NCBI GenBank assembly: GCA_036785375.1
Contig: JAWMAR010000201.1
Coordinates: 1,178,001 to 1,242,000, forward strand
Source of the DNA: Leucoraja ocellata
Lineage: Eukaryota
Direction of reading: 5' to 3'
DNA: 64,000 nucleotides
Part shown: piece by piece, positions 13,141-26,744 of the stretch
How positions within the stretch are numbered: position 1 is the first letter of the stretch
How the letters are laid out: each line of letters begins with the position of its first letter
Made by a program: the position numbers and the translations under genes
Notes under the pieces: generated by a model
Databases searched by the model: none
What the model saw: the letters and a program-made list of their open reading frames with translations, nothing else
Told to the model about the DNA's origin: nothing

Positions 13141-15205
13141 AGCCATACAATCATGACTTCAATGAAAGTACCAGCAAGGAATCTGTAGAGATATCTATCA
13201 TCCCATTTTAAACAGCTCATTCATTCTTGAAAGAAATGTTCTAATTACGAGATGTGTTTAATTTATTAATACATGTAGGCTTCTATGTATCTTTATCCCT
13301 ACTGTAATTTCGGGGAATATCTTTGATACTTGATGCCCGATTCATTTGCGAATGCTGCTCATGAAAAGAGCATTTCTCAACCATATATAAATAGCAAACA
13401 CGTGTATGAGAAGGTGCACGTTTAGTTTACTTTTTCCCTTTTGTTGAACTGGCTTTTCTTCCACAGATACTGCTTGATCTGCCTAGATCTTACAGTAGTT
13501 TATCGTTTGCAGCAGTTTCCATAATCTATAGTTCTGTTATTCTCCAGATCAACTATACTGTCGGAAATGCCATAGATATCTCCATAGCCTTTCCAACATA
13601 ACATACCAATTGACTCAGAAGCAAAAATCTGCCTCCGATCTACGTTAAACCCTTTTCCCCGCGGAATCATAAATGATGCTCTCTCTCCTTTTCGCCACCT
13701 TTACCATTGTACGCCGAAGAAGGAGCGTGCAGACTGGAACTGTGAGGTGCCACAGCAATAGCCATTCGATTATTCTTCCTGGTCTGACTCTAAGATGATG
13801 TATATTATATTTTCCTACTCAATTATTCTGGTAATAATCATGCGATTTCTACCTGCACTATTACATATGCATTGTGCTTTTATGAAATGATTATTGCCAG
13901 AAATAATCTGTACGTTTCCCATATTTCTCTTTCACTTCTTTATCCCCTTGGTATTCGCATTATGCTATTTTACACGTAATCTGCTTCACAACCCTGATAA
14001 TATTTTGCTTTGTTTTACCGGAGTATGCCACTGAGAACTTAGACACATTATTGTTTGCTCACTCATTTTAACCTCCTGTACAACCAATGAAATATTTGAA
14101 GCCCTTTGCTCCCAGCCTTGTGTATCCGTCCATGGATATGCAGTAAAGTGCAGACCTTCTGTCTGTGAAGTAGATGAACTGTACTATATCGATGTATATT
14201 GCAGGTTTATTTTAAGCAACACATATCAACAAAGAATTGTTGTTTCTTTTGCAGTAATCGATACACTGAAAATAGATCTAGATATTGCAAGTAAGGGTCC
14301 TTTAAATATATACTCTCGAACGGAGAGCATAAATGCGACAGCATGTACATTTCCACTGCTTTACAACTGGACGGATATGATCTGGTACCTGCAGAAAAGA
14401 AAACGGAGTCACAGATTATAATAACATCCTGAATTGCAGGAGAAATCTTGACGGACAAATTCATGTCGCATTTCTTTGCATACGATTGGGATTAAGCACC
14501 TAGTCGATATTGCTTGTTTTTATTGAACGCTTTTATTCGAGCTAATGCACAACCAATGTTATTTTATATGCTATGTTTGCTTAACTAATAATGACCATTC
14601 CAACCACGTATATTGAACATTGACATTTCTTCCGAACACAATGTCAAAAAAATGCATTGAAATTTTAGCTTGGAGGAGGAAAGGAATAACAAATAATAAT
14701 CCGCAGACACGGCCAAAATCTAAATCCTTATCACTCCATATCATTATTTTACGGAGCATACATCTCAGCACAATAAATCAAGTAAAACCATAAGCTGTGT
14801 CTTCCAAGCAACTGAAGATATATCTTTTAAAAATAAGACTATTCCCGTACGCAAGCGGGATAATTAAATTAGTTAATGCAAATTTTCGTCAATCGGATAT
14901 CTTCACTTCATCTGCAGATTGGCTTCATGGAAAAGAATAGAAGGATGTTGAACATTGCGTGTTTCTATAACTGACTGTCGACCAAAGGATTGGAGTGTGT
15001 GAGGGGGCAGGTTTCCAACGCAGACATGTACGTCGTTTTAACTTTTGGGGGCTTTTCAGAACAACAAAATTTGAACTTCCAATGAAACCAGATTTCACAA
15101 TTATTAATGACGTCGAAAGTTAGTGAATTGCGTGTAAACCGGTACTTTGAAGCAAGTGTACATTTCAGTTGTGCTACGATTTGTTTTTTTTTTAATGCTT
15201 CTCAG

Positions 15206-15232
15206 AAAGGCAACAAGGACAATGTGACGAAG
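15206..15232 (+). CDS. 27-nt C micro-exon with GC donor, (E)RQQGQCDE
   Basis: tttttttaatgcttctcag|...GAAG|gcaagt. Confidence 0.75.
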
Positions 15233-15504
15233 GCAAGTATGAAAAATCAGTTCGTATTCTTCGGCCAAAATATATGAGATAAAATGTATTGGAGTTGCTC
15301 CTCGCGGCAGTCTCTGACATCGATGCATATTCAATTTACTCCTTAAAACTACCTTATGCTACTGTAAAACAATGGGTTGTTCATGCAAAATACCAATTCC
15401 TAAATTCTTCTGACACTGTATCTGCACACGAGTATGCAAAAATGTTCTAATATTACATATCCCGCGCTCTCTAACTACCAAACAATTGAAGACTGCGTAA
15501 GGAA

Positions 15505-15815
15505 CGCAATGGCGGCGCATTGATAAAATAACTAAAATATATCCAGCGCCAGGGACACGCGTTCGATCCTGACTTAGGGTGGTGCCTGTTCAGAGTCTAT
15601 ACGTTCTCTCTATGACCACGTAGGTGTCATCCGGTTGCTCCCGTTTTTACCCATAATCCAAATTGTACGGTTTTATAGATTGATTGGCTTTGGCAAAATT
15701 GTAAATGGTCCCTCGTGCGTAGGATAGTGTCAGTGTACGGGTGATGGCTGTTCTGCGCGGACTCATTGGGCCGAACGGCGGGTTTTCGCGCTATTTCTCC
15801 AAAGTGTACAATCTA
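15505..15815 (+). mobile_element. tRNA-derived V-SINE (HE1-like), diverged
   Basis: B-box-like gttcgatcctgac, central V-like domain (tacgttctctctatgaccacgtagg...ccggttgctcccgtttt), LINE-like tail gggccgaacggc. Confidence 0.75.
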
Positions 15816-16604
15816 AAGAATCAATTCAACAAACAAGTATACTTTTGCGTTTAATTATTTTAAATGAATTCAAAATAAACTCATACGTTGTCAACGAGCA
15901 TGCTGTATGCTGAATCTCACAGCTTATTCATTCACTATAAACACAATCTAATTTTCACTCAACAATCCAAATAAGAGTGAAATGTAATGATACACGCCAT
16001 TTGGAATTAATGCAAATACTTTGTTACACCAGTGATGCGACGCGGACAGGCAGTGTAGCTCATTCCCCTGTTGTTCTCATTATTGCCCCAATTAAAACTG
16101 GTGGGACTGCAGATAATTTCATCACGTTCGCGACGCCTATTGTTGGAGCAGCCTATTGTCCTCATTATAAGGTTTTGGTACTAAAAGGAATTATTAGAGG
16201 AAAAAGATAGCGTGGTGTCTGATGAGCAACATCGGTGAACGGTTATGACGGTTTGTGCAATCGGGATGAAGTAAGGCGATTATATATCTAAACTCTAGTT
16301 TAGAATCCTCTGCCGAGGGGATAAGTCTGTGTTTGCTTGTGTTCGTTTGTTCCGGTGAAGGCATTTTGCACACGGCAACCAGCCAACAGTCTCTTGTCTT
16401 TTTGTTTTTGTTTTCACTTTTAATTTCATGTTTTTGTGTATCTTATCGTATCTTATCTCATGTTATCGTATCTTATCGTATCGTATGAAGTGAATTAAGA
16501 ATTACTGTTGTGCACGCCCCATGGGTCGTTATACAAGGCCTCATGGGCAAAAGTGATCATAATATTGTGGAATTCTGCATTAGGATGGAGAAGTGTCTCG
16601 GTTA

Positions 16605-16730
16605 ATACAGAGACTAGGGACCTGAACCTGAATAAAGGAGACATTGAAGGTATGAAACTGGAATTGGCTAGGATAGTCTGGCAGATTATACTTAAGGGTT
16701 GACAGTGGGGATGCAATGGCAAATATTTCA
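16605..16730 (+). mobile_element. CR1 ORF2 fragment
   Basis: LNLNKGDIEGMKLELARIVWQ. Confidence 0.6.
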
Positions 16731-17112
16731 TACATTCTCTAAATCACACAGGGAAATGGCCGAACCTATTCACCCTCGTTGCATTCCTTTGAAGTTCAGC
16801 TTGGAAGAAATACAATCACCATAGCTATTACCCACAAAATTATAGAACAAGAGGACCTCAGCCAGACCTAAACCTGGAAACTGCCAAGAATCTCGGGATT
16901 TAATGCGTGCACCAAATGTCCTCTTCAACCAATTTCCCATATAATGCCATGCCTTGTTATTTGATTCCAAAAGGCGTTATATTTAATACTATGACACTAT
17001 CCCGTAAAATGCCGACGATAACAGGAATCGGCAATATAACAACACGCCTTGCAGCTCAGTAATAAACCGAACATCCAGCCACCGACACCTGTAACGTTTT
17101 CTCTATTTTTAG

Positions 17113-17148
17113 ATTTGGTTAATTTGAAACATACACTTCAAGATTCAG
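17113..17148 (+). CDS. 36-nt A micro-exon, (D)LVNLKHTLQDS
   Basis: ttttctctatttttag|...TCAG|gtgagt. Confidence 0.9.
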
Positions 17149-18488
17149 GTGAGTATTAAACCAATTCCTTCGTATCAAATGGAGATGAATTTACGTTGCA
17201 CCGTCAACCAGCAAAAAGGAAAGTCTGCACAGAGTATAATATTGCAATATTTTATTATTAAAGGAAAGTGCAATGTGCCACATGTGGTTATGCACATGGC
17301 ATTCATTGAAACATATTCGCACTGCTTATAATGACATAACAACTAAATAAATATACATACGTATATTTTCTATGGTCGGGAATTTCTACGATGGAGAAAA
17401 TGAAACTGAAGTTCATTTAGAGATATTGTTGAAATGCCGAGGGGGTTGTGTGTAGTTCTCGTCAATGTGTTAAACGATCATTTGACCGCGGCATATTTAT
17501 CGATCAAATTAGTGAGGCTAAATGTCGTAGTCTAGATCTATTTATGTGGGGTGCGCAGGTGAGAAGTAAACAGATAGTATCTGAGGCAATTATCACAAGG
17601 CGGTATTAGTGTTTCAAAAAAAGAATGAAGTTCGCAACCGAATGAGACATTATATAGTTGACTTTGCTGGAGTTCTGAGAAAGGCAGAAACATTGGACAC
17701 ATTCTGCCACATGGACCAGACTTCACCAATAAATCAAAGCAAAAATGATCGAAGAAATTGCTGCCATTGATCTCCGACATACTCCGTAATGTGTTGTTAT
17801 CTCGCCGAGGTATTAATAAAGGAAATAGACCTGGGTGCTATGATGGTATCACGGAAGTGCAGGAGGGATGGACGTTCGAATTCATCTGGTTACAATTATA
17901 CCATTCAACAATAGCTTCCGACCCAGGAGATAATCTTGCTGCTTAAAGAAGTTGACTCTGCAGCTGCGTGTATGGGCAAAACTAGACGCCCTTCACGCAA
18001 CATGCATTGCGAGTGTGCAACTCCACTAACCAATACCCATAACTGGCGCACAAGAACGAGCCTTGGTTTCCTGACGACTGCCGCTTTAGCGTAATATTTT
18101 AATGAAGGCGTTTCAGGACATAGGCAAGTATAGTAGATAGTTTGAAAAAAAAAGCCCATCCCATTTCTGAAAAAAAAGAAATGTTATTTAAAATATGGAA
18201 CTCGGAAAAATCAACACTTTGCACGCAAACAGAACTATACTATTATGTCCAGCTTCGTGTGGAAATATTAGAGTTGGTAATGTCAACCTTGTTAGAGGAG
18301 AAGTGGTAACCGGATGTAGTAGATATCTATGATTTTTTTAGAGACGGGGAGGCTAATAAGCAGTAGAATCGTACTTTTTTTTGTTGGAGATTCCCCCAAA
18401 AAAGTACAGCGCATTTTGCTTCGTGACAGTTTCTAACCGATTACCACGAGTTCGCAACTGGTTTTGAACACCCCATCATGGGTACAGA

Positions 18489-19125
18489 TGCGGTCGGTAG
18501 TCTGTTACCTGCGATGGAGATGGTGAGGTCTAGTAACGGTAGGGAGATGTCCAAGGACCCAAGCAGTCTTTCCAAGTGAGGCAGAGTTTCACCTGCACCT
18601 TCCCCAACCTCATCTACTGCATCCGCTGTTCCAGGTGTCAACTGCTCTACATCGGCGAGACCAAGCGCAGGTTTGGCGATCGCTTCGCCCAACGCCTCTG
18701 CTCAGTTCGCAACCATCAACCTGATCTCCCGGTGGCTGAGCACTTCAACTCACCCTCCCATTCCGAATCCGACCTTTCTGTCCTGGGCCTCCTCCAAGGC
18801 CAGAGTGAGGCCCTCCGCAAATAGGAGGAACAGCACCTTGTATTTGGCTTGGGTAGTTTACCACCCAGCGGTATGATCATTGACTTCTCCAATTTTAGGT
18901 AGTCCTTGCTTTGTCCATCATTTCCCTTCCCAGCTCTCCCAACAGCCTACTGTCTCCGCCTCTGCTTTCGTATTTTCCGCCGCCCCCACGACATCAGTCT
19001 GAAGAAGGGTCTCGACATGAAACTTCGCCTATTCCTTCGCTCCATAGATGCTGCCTCACCCGCTGAATTTCTCCAGCTTTTTTTGTCTACCTTCGATTTC
19101 TCCAGCATCTGCAGTTCTTTCTTAT
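18489..19125 (+). mobile_element. 5'-truncated Penelope-like element: GIY-YIG endonuclease plus pLTR, with a short inverted RT piece at the 5' end
   Basis: NLIYCIRCSRCQLLYIGETKRRFGDRF...HFN on +; DISLPLLDLTISIAGNRL on -; CTGAAGA...GAAA motif at 18999-19022. Confidence 0.9.
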
Positions 19126-19519
19126 ACATCTGAAATCCAGAATCATTGTCTTTAACACATGTATCCAGTGACACATTTCTGCTGATAACACCACCTCAAA
19201 AGCACATTAAAAAGTACGCAGTAACGGTTGTTCATATACTCGTTAAAATGTTCGCAGGATGTAACTTCAAGACTTCATCACGAGTGTACTCCGAAGAAGC
19301 AGGGTTACCAATAATTCTCTTGCGTTTCAAAATATTTCTCATGGCGATGTATTCGACAAATGCGATTGATCAATAAGTGGTAATGTTCGCCATAACACAT
19401 CCCGGATGATTGATTAAAATATGTATAATTGATACAATGTGATACAGTTACGGAAAGGCAGCGATAACAGTATAAATATCTCCTGTTGATCTTGATATGA
19501 TCACTGTTGTTTCCATCAG

Positions 19520-19546
19520 AGATGAAGTTCCAACTATGTCAAGAAG
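19520..19546 (+). CDS. 27-nt B micro-exon, (E)MKFQLCQE
   Basis: gttgtttccatcag|...GAAG|gtaggt. Confidence 0.88.
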
Positions 19547-19633
19547 GTAGGTTGTGCATTTGTTCTATGCTTTGTTTTTGAGCCTGTATGTTTTTGCCGT
19601 GAACCTTTAACACTTCGTTGCTTATGTTAATAG

Positions 19634-19660
19634 GACTTGAAGATCAGCTTCATCGCAAAG
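19634..19660 (+). CDS. 27-nt C micro-exon, (G)LEDQLHRK
   Basis: cttatgttaatag|...AAAG|gtaatc. Confidence 0.85.
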
Positions 19661-20664
19661 GTAATCACCTGGATCTAATCAGAATACAATGCTGAAGGCA
19701 TCCTAATATTTGCATTTTGACATTCACAAGGAAGCGATTGTAAACCACTTTTAAAAATTGAACCCCAGTCCAATTACTGAGACGCCAGATTCGTTTGCAC
19801 GCCCATTTCTTCTTTGACAATTGAAAATTGAAATGTGACTATTTGTGTACTCTTCAATTCGCTGAGATTTACCGTCTTTCCTCTCTGTGAATTAAACTAA
19901 CACCATCTTCAAACCAATAGTAGTTTCAGTTCGCCCCATGCCTGACTAAACACTTATTCACCAGTATGGACTACTTATTTATGCGAAGCAGTGCATTGTG
20001 AAACATTGCGTGATTTAATTTGTCTGCTACTGTTTTATTTCCCCATTATAATTTCCCCTGCTACGGACTCTTCGTGATAACATTTGTTTTCCCCATTGCT
20101 ATTATACACACAAATCTATAGAAACCTTCAACCTCCACTCATTAGCTTACGCTCAAATTTGACGCACCCCTACTTATTATTTAATGTGTATTGTTTATGT
20201 ACTTCTGAGGCTGATTATCTTCTTCTGTTTTGTGATCTTCGCATCTCATAATATCGCTAACTTATTTAATATTCTATATTTAGGTTAAAACAGAGCAAAC
20301 AATTAATATAATTCAACCGTGCTCTACAAATGCACGGCAATTACATTGCCATACATTTAATTGGCTTTTCCAAGTCTTTAGTGTTCGGCTCGAGATATAT
20401 ATTTTTCATAGATTTATTGGTGACCGTTCTTCTTCAAAGGACAATGCTGAACATATGGTTTCAGTTATGTAACGTGTCAGAAAATCAATGCTCTTTATTC
20501 TGTTATATTCGATTTGCATACCAAATGTGTGCACAATTCATTTATTCGGGAGATATCACACCATCGATATACACTGATGGAAACGGATGAACCGAGCAGC
20601 TATATTTATTCAGTCTCTTAACGGTACACACATAACACAAACAGACGATGTCACACAGAATGTT

Positions 20665-20925
20665 TCAGATGCTGGAAAAATCGAAGGTAGATAAACATGC
20701 TGGAGAAACCTAGCGGGCGAGGCAGCATCTATGGAGCGAAGGAATAGGTGACATTTCGGGTCGAGTCACTTCTTCAGACTGATGTGGGGGTGGTGTGGGC
20801 GGGAAGAAGAAAGGAAGAGGAGGAGACAGTGGGCTTTGGGAGAGCTGCGAAGGGGTGGGGAAAGGGGGAGAAAGCCTTCTCCCACTTTTCCCTCCTTCTT
20901 TCTCCCACTACCCCCACATCAGTTT
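20665..20925 (-). mobile_element. Penelope pLTR fragment with small inversion
   Basis: reverse complement of the 18900-19110 tail. Confidence 0.8.
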
Positions 20926-22012
20926 GATATATACGAAGTGGTGCAGTTATAAATAACGCATATGATTCCCTTGGAAAAAAGAGTTCAGTTACCACCGTTG
21001 TACTATTGATGATCATCATGCAGCACGGTCACTTTGCCATTTAGCAATAAACCTGTGGCATATTTTGGACCTTTAATTTCGCCTTACCATCATACGATCC
21101 GCCAAGCAGGTTATCTGCGTCACTCACGCTTCGTCGAATCGAAAGTTATTTGCTCAGTTTTGCTCATTTTTCTCGATACCACTGAACATAAAGAACATGA
21201 AGACAATTCAGAGCGTTAATAATAATTCACATTTAATATGTGTAATCATGGTTCCTGTTTGGGTAATTATATCAGACAGGTACAAACATATATGAAGTGT
21301 ACAATCTCAGAAGTGAAAAATAGCAGGCCTGATTAAATGTCACCGCAAACAAGCACGGTATTTACCAGTATAGAACAGTTAGAAAAAATAAAAAAACATT
21401 TCTTGATGTTGGAGGCGATAGTATTGTTGCTCTGCTGTAAGATACAGTTAAGTGTTACACGACAAATCATTTATGCCGTAAAAAATAATCACCAGTACCA
21501 TAGTAAAACACAAGTCTCTTAAAGCTGCCTCATCGGTTATGCTGTAAACCGTTTACACCATTTCCCCAGCGACACTCAAATTATTTATTCGTCAGACAGG
21601 GACATGAGTATTTTCTGAAAGCGAATTTTCGATTAATACCAGTAAATAATCCATACTTCGGCCACCAAATTCCATGTCAATAAAAAACCTGTTTTACAAT
21701 GATCCCGTCCCTCCAATATCCCCAAATATTTTTCTTCACTATCCAATCAATTACCGATATACTGCAATTAGTTTTCACGCTGGGGCTATTTATCCAGTGG
21801 ACGCCTAAAGAAACATTGGCGACATCGACGTTCTACCCATTCAGCAGTGGCAGGAGATCCATCCGCAGCGTGACCGATATGCCATGTTGGACACAGGCGA
21901 AACGCCTGCCTTATATTTATCCAAATTTACTGAGATTACTACAAAGTTTGTCATTAACATAACACGAGAAAACAGATGAGTCGAGAGAACGACTGTTTTT
22001 TTTCATACGCAG

Positions 22013-22039
22013 ATGCCGAACTATTTGCGAAAAACATAG
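22013..22039 (+). CDS. 27-nt micro-exon, (D)AELFAKNI
   Basis: ttttttttcatacgcag|...ATAG|gtaacg. Confidence 0.8.
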   Translation: MPNYLRKT

Positions 22040-22204
22040 GTAACGTAACAATATATATAGTTTTTAATTATTATCACTGTACTTCATATATTCCGGCGAA
22101 ATATACAAAATACAATATGTGGAGATCCATACAAATAATGCTTCGTTTTTCCTCGATATGTAGTAATTCCGATTAATCTAGAGAGAGTGCAGATCCTGGA
22201 TATT

Positions 22205-22645
22205 GTCAGGACTCGAGCTTGAGCAATAGGGAAATATTGGGTTGACTAGGGATTTTTTCAATTGAGGTCAGGAGCTGAGGGGGTGATGTTATAGATGTGT
22301 ATAAGATCATGAAGGCAATACATAAGGTGAATGCATATTGACTTTTTGTCCAGGGCATGGTAATCACTAACAGGTTTAAGGTGGGACGAGAGGTGTGAGA
22401 GGATTTAATAGGAAAATCAGGGGGTATCCATTTCACTGAGAGGGTGTCGGGTATGTGGAACAAAATGCCAGAGATGGTAGTTGAGACACGTTATTTAAAA
22501 GTTACTTGGATATGTAAACGCGTAATGGAAGTTTGGATGGATCTGGCCCAAGCGTGGGAAAACGGGACTAGCTTATTTGAACAATTTTGGTCGGCATGTA
22601 CGACTTGGGGTGAAGAGCCTGCTTCCGTCCTGTATGGATCTATGA
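22205..22645 (+). mobile_element. CR1 3' fragment
   Basis: gggggtgatgttatagatgtgtataagatcatg...ttcactgagagggtgtcgggtatgtggaac, typical CR1 ORF2 C-terminus. Confidence 0.75.
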
Positions 22646-22999
22646 CGCACAGTTTAGCTGATTTTGTTCAGTCTTAAACATTCATGGTAACAGTGCGAAA
22701 TTATGTCGAAAATCAGCAACACGGATATTTCCACGAATATTCGTTTATGTCCCTTTTTTGATTGAGCATTTTCCGTTTTATGCTTTTGCATAATACTGCG
22801 AAGCTGATTCACGACAAATTTAGCTACAGGAAATAAACCATGAACAATTTAATGCCTAGCGGTCAGTCCTGGGCGCTCGTAATCAAATATCAGTTGAAAT
22901 AAATATGGAAAATAATAATAGTTTAGTTACTTGATAACAAGCCATAACTCTAAAATACGAATGCAGAAGTTGTTAATCTTCACTTAAACCACCCCCCCC

Positions 23000-24460
23000 C
23001 CCCAAATGACATGACCTCAACAGCCGGAGGTGATAATTAATTGCACAGATTTACCTCCCTCTGGCTAAATAAAATGTACCTCATATCTATTATGAAGGCA
23101 CGTTCTTTTATTCTGTGACCGTGCTCTGCTGGTCCTAGACTATACCACTGATAGGAGCACCCCCTCCACATCCACTCTTTTCAGGCCTTTTATAATAGGT
23201 GTTAATTAAAATCCCCCATGTCCTTTCAACCGCCACCTAGCACAGGATCAACGCAATCAAACGCACCTCATACGTCAACTCAATCATCTGCAGAGATCAT
23301 TCATGTAAACCTCCTCTGGACGCTCTTGAACTTCAGTTCATCTTTTCTCAGATACTCGAGATGTGGGCTGATTTGTTCGTACCGAACACACGTGGTGCTG
23401 AGGAATCAGGGAGATTGCAAAAGGGCTTAAGCAGGTTGGGAACGTGTGCAAAGAAGTGAAAAATTAAACACCGTGTAGTAAAGTGTATGGAGATGTAGTT
23501 TTGTTTCCCCCCAATGGGGAAAGGATTCAGAAATCAGAGGTCAAAATGAACTTGGGAGTGCTGGTGGAGAATTCCCAAAAAGGTTAATTTGCAGGTTAAG
23601 CCTATGATAAGGAAGCCAAATCATACGTTAGGAATAATTTCGAACGGTCCAGAATATAAATGCAAAGATGTATGGCAGTGGCTGCATAAGGCGCGGATGG
23701 AATATTGGGAGCACAATACTTGGCCCAATATCGGAGGAAGGTCTTGCTGGTCATCTAGGGACTCCAGATGATGTTTACGAGAATGATCCCGAGGATTATT
23801 GTTTAACGTATGCGGAGCGTTTGATGTTGCTAGTCTACTCACTGGCGTTTAGCAGAATGTTGTGGCAACTAATTGAATTCTACCGCATCATGAAAGGCCC
23901 AGGAAGAGTAAATGTGACGTTTTCATTAGTGGGAGAGTCTATGGCACGAGGACTCGGACTAAAAGGAAGTACATTTACAATGGAGATGAGGATGGGTTCC
24001 TTTAGACAGAGAGTGGTGCATTGTTGGAATTCATTACCATTGACTGCTATGGAGGCGAAGTTAGTCGGTATATTTAAAGCGGAGATTATTAGGTTCTTGA
24101 TTAGCAAAGTCCTCAAATATTACGGGAGAAGGCAGGAGAATGGGCTTAAGAGGGAAAATAGATCAAAATAATTCAATGGCGGTGCTGGATTGGTGGGCGA
24201 CATGGCCTAATTGAGCTTCTTGGTCTTATGGTCTTATGGGCTTTATTCCTTCTTACCAAACTATATGACCGTACTCTTTACTACGCTGTATTCCATTTGC
24301 CACTCCTTTACCCACGCTCCCAACCTGTCCAATTCATTTTGCAAACCACCAGCTTCTTTAAAATTACCTGCCTCTTCACGTATCTTTATATAATCCGCAA
24401 ACATGGCCACGAAGCGATCAATTCCATCGTGCAGATTATTAGCATAAAACGTGCATAGTT
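23000..24460. mobile_element. Cluster of CR1 fragments in both orientations
   Basis: ORF 23668..24171 contains EMRMGSFRQRVVHCWNSLP; flanked by - strand CR1 pieces. Confidence 0.75.
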
Positions 24461-24524
24461 GCCAAAAAATATGGCCACAAAATCGTGGAGGTATTGACAG
24501 TTGCTATTACATTATTTTTTAAAG

Positions 24525-24560
24525 AAGTGGAACAACTAAGAAATGATCTTAAGGATACAG
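24525..24560 (+). CDS. 36-nt A micro-exon, (E)VEQLRNDLKDT
   Basis: attattttttaaag|...ACAG|gtatgg. Confidence 0.88.
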
Positions 24561-24729
24561 GTATGGGACACAATTAATCACTGAATCACATTTGGAGAAA
24601 TCTGTTGATTTGAGTTCATAGCAGTGGCAATGCTAAATTAATATTGAACGTATCAAGTCCCCTAAACTATAATGAGGCAACTTTGAAGACTGAATGAGAA
24701 CGCGTGTCGGGTAGGATAGCCTCTCGTAG

Positions 24730-25110
24730 AACCATAGAAACATAGAAAATAGGTGCAGGAGTAGGCCATTCGGCCCTTCGAGCCTGCACCGCCATTCAAT
24801 ATGATCATGGCTGATCATCCAACTCAGTATCCTGTACCTGCCTTCTCTCCATACCCCCTGATCCCTTTAGCCACAAGGGCCGCATCTAACTCCCTCTTAA
24901 ATATAGCCAATGAACTGGCCTCAACTACCTTCTGTGGCAGAGAATTCCAGAGATTCACAACTCTCTGTGTGAAAAATGTATTCCTCATCTCGGTCCGAAA
25001 AGATTTCCCCCTTATCCTTAAACTGTGACCCCTTGTTCTGGACCTCCCCAACATCGGGAACAATCTTCCTGCATCTAGCCTGTCTAACCCCTTAAGAATT
25101 TTGTAAGTTT
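24730..25110 (-). mobile_element. Relatively intact CR1/HER1 3' end
   Basis: SRTRGHSLRIRGKSFRTEMRNTFFTQRVVNLWNSLPQKVVEA; tail aaccatagaaacatagaaa. Confidence 0.9.
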
Positions 25111-25397
25111 AGCATACCAGGACATGCTATCTAATCATGTCCATATTGCGAGCATTAATAGCTTAACGAGGTATGGTTAGCGGCATATATCACAAAATAA
25201 CGCCAATTCACTGAACAAAACCGAAACATGTCAATCAAGTAAGCGTGAAGAATTTCAGCACCACTGAGCTATACTGTGCGAAAATTCACCGACAATAGGT
25301 AAACAAGTAGTATTGACTGATCCGTACCAAGCTGAGGTATATGATAGAATATACTATCAGTCTCCCGCTATCTCTAATATATCGAGATTATATCTTT

Positions 25398-25711
25398 NNN
25401 NNNNNNNNNNNNNNNNNNNNNNNNNNNNNNNNNNNNNNNNNNNNNNNNNNNNNNNNNNNNNNNNNNNNNNNNNNNNNNNNNNNNNNNNNNNNNNNNNNNN
25501 NNNNNNNNNNNNNNNNNNNNNNNNNNNNNNNNNNNNNNNNNNNNNNNNNNNNNNNNNNNNNNNNNNNNNNNNNNNNNNNNNNNNNNNNNNNNNNNNNNNN
25601 NNNNNNNNNNNNNNNNNNNNNNNNNNNNNNNNNNNNNNNNNNNNNNNNNNNNNNNNNNNNNNNNNNNNNNNNNNNNNNNNNNNNNNNNNNNNNNNNNNNN
25701 NNNNNNNNNNN
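25398..25711. other. Assembly gap
   Basis: run of N. Confidence 1.
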
Positions 25712-25737
25712 TTTATTGGTAATGTTGCGCCAAATAG

Positions 25738-25763
25738 TTTTAGAAACATACAATGAACAACTG
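25738..25763 (+). other. Ambiguous B-position micro-exon, (V)LETYNEQL; 26 nt to gtaagc or 36 nt to gtaaag (end 25773)
   Basis: caaatag| acceptor about 125 nt upstream of the next exon; the strongest donor gives a non-3n length. Confidence 0.4.
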
Positions 25764-25888
25764 GTAAGCGAAAGTAAAGCAGACATTAGCGCAAGAAAAT
25801 CGTGTCACCGAACTGAATTTAATTATATCGCACACCAACCAATATTGTAAACGTTAATTACTCACGTTACTATTAACTATTTATTTAG

Positions 25889-25915
25889 AACAAAAAGGAA
25901 TCTGCAAAGCCGAAG
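25889..25915 (+). CDS. 27-nt C micro-exon, (E)QKGICKAE
   Basis: actatttatttag|...GAAG|gtgagg. Confidence 0.85.
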
Positions 25916-26744
25916 GTGAGGATGAAATACGATGTCAGTGTGAACACTCATTGGTGATATACTTATTGTGTTTCAAAGTGGAGTGTTTCGCAACGAATTG
26001 CAGCGTACTTGCCTAAGGAGGGCGGGTCGGTAACCGCTTGTATGTTTCTGCAGGGGAGAGGGCGTGCAGCTGTCCTGGGTAGTGGATGTGGAACGGAAAC
26101 TGACGAATCGTTTTAACCAGTACGATTGCCTATTCTATCAAATTTTAACGACACTTTGGAGAACTTTCTTCCATGTTAGCTTGAATTAGATTGGCGTCCG
26201 AACTATATTTATTTTCATATAGCGTTAATCTATGACACTAATCCACTGTGGACAGAAACTAACGTTAGAATGTGCCATAGCGTTGGACTTTGCAGAACTA
26301 TCGATGTTTGTTGGTATGTGTGAGGGAATGTGCTTCAGGATTACACATTATTAGACTGGGGGATGAGTCTCCAGCTAGCTGGTGGGGACTAGTTTGGGTG
26401 ATTGTGTTCTCCGCTATCAAATTGTGCAAGCACCACCATGCCGAACAACTGATTCAGCTTCTTTCCTATTGTGTTCCTATTCTAACTGTTGATCAATAGA
26501 TTATAACATACGCTTTACCTGCCTTCAGACCAGGCAACAATGAGAGAGATGAGAAAGTGTTACAAACCAGAATTAAATCCATAAAATATACTGCTCTCGT
26601 GCTAGAGTATTGTAGTTAATTAATGATGACTTATTTAAACATCATATAAACTCTACACTGTTATATAAGAAACAAATATATATTTACGTGAACATATCAT
26701 CAAGTGAATACGTAAGTCATGAAGTCACAGATGCGTGCAGCGCT

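Noticed and set aside
15505-15580. tRNA gene
   Set aside because: Only a degenerate SINE head with a B-box; no cloverleaf.
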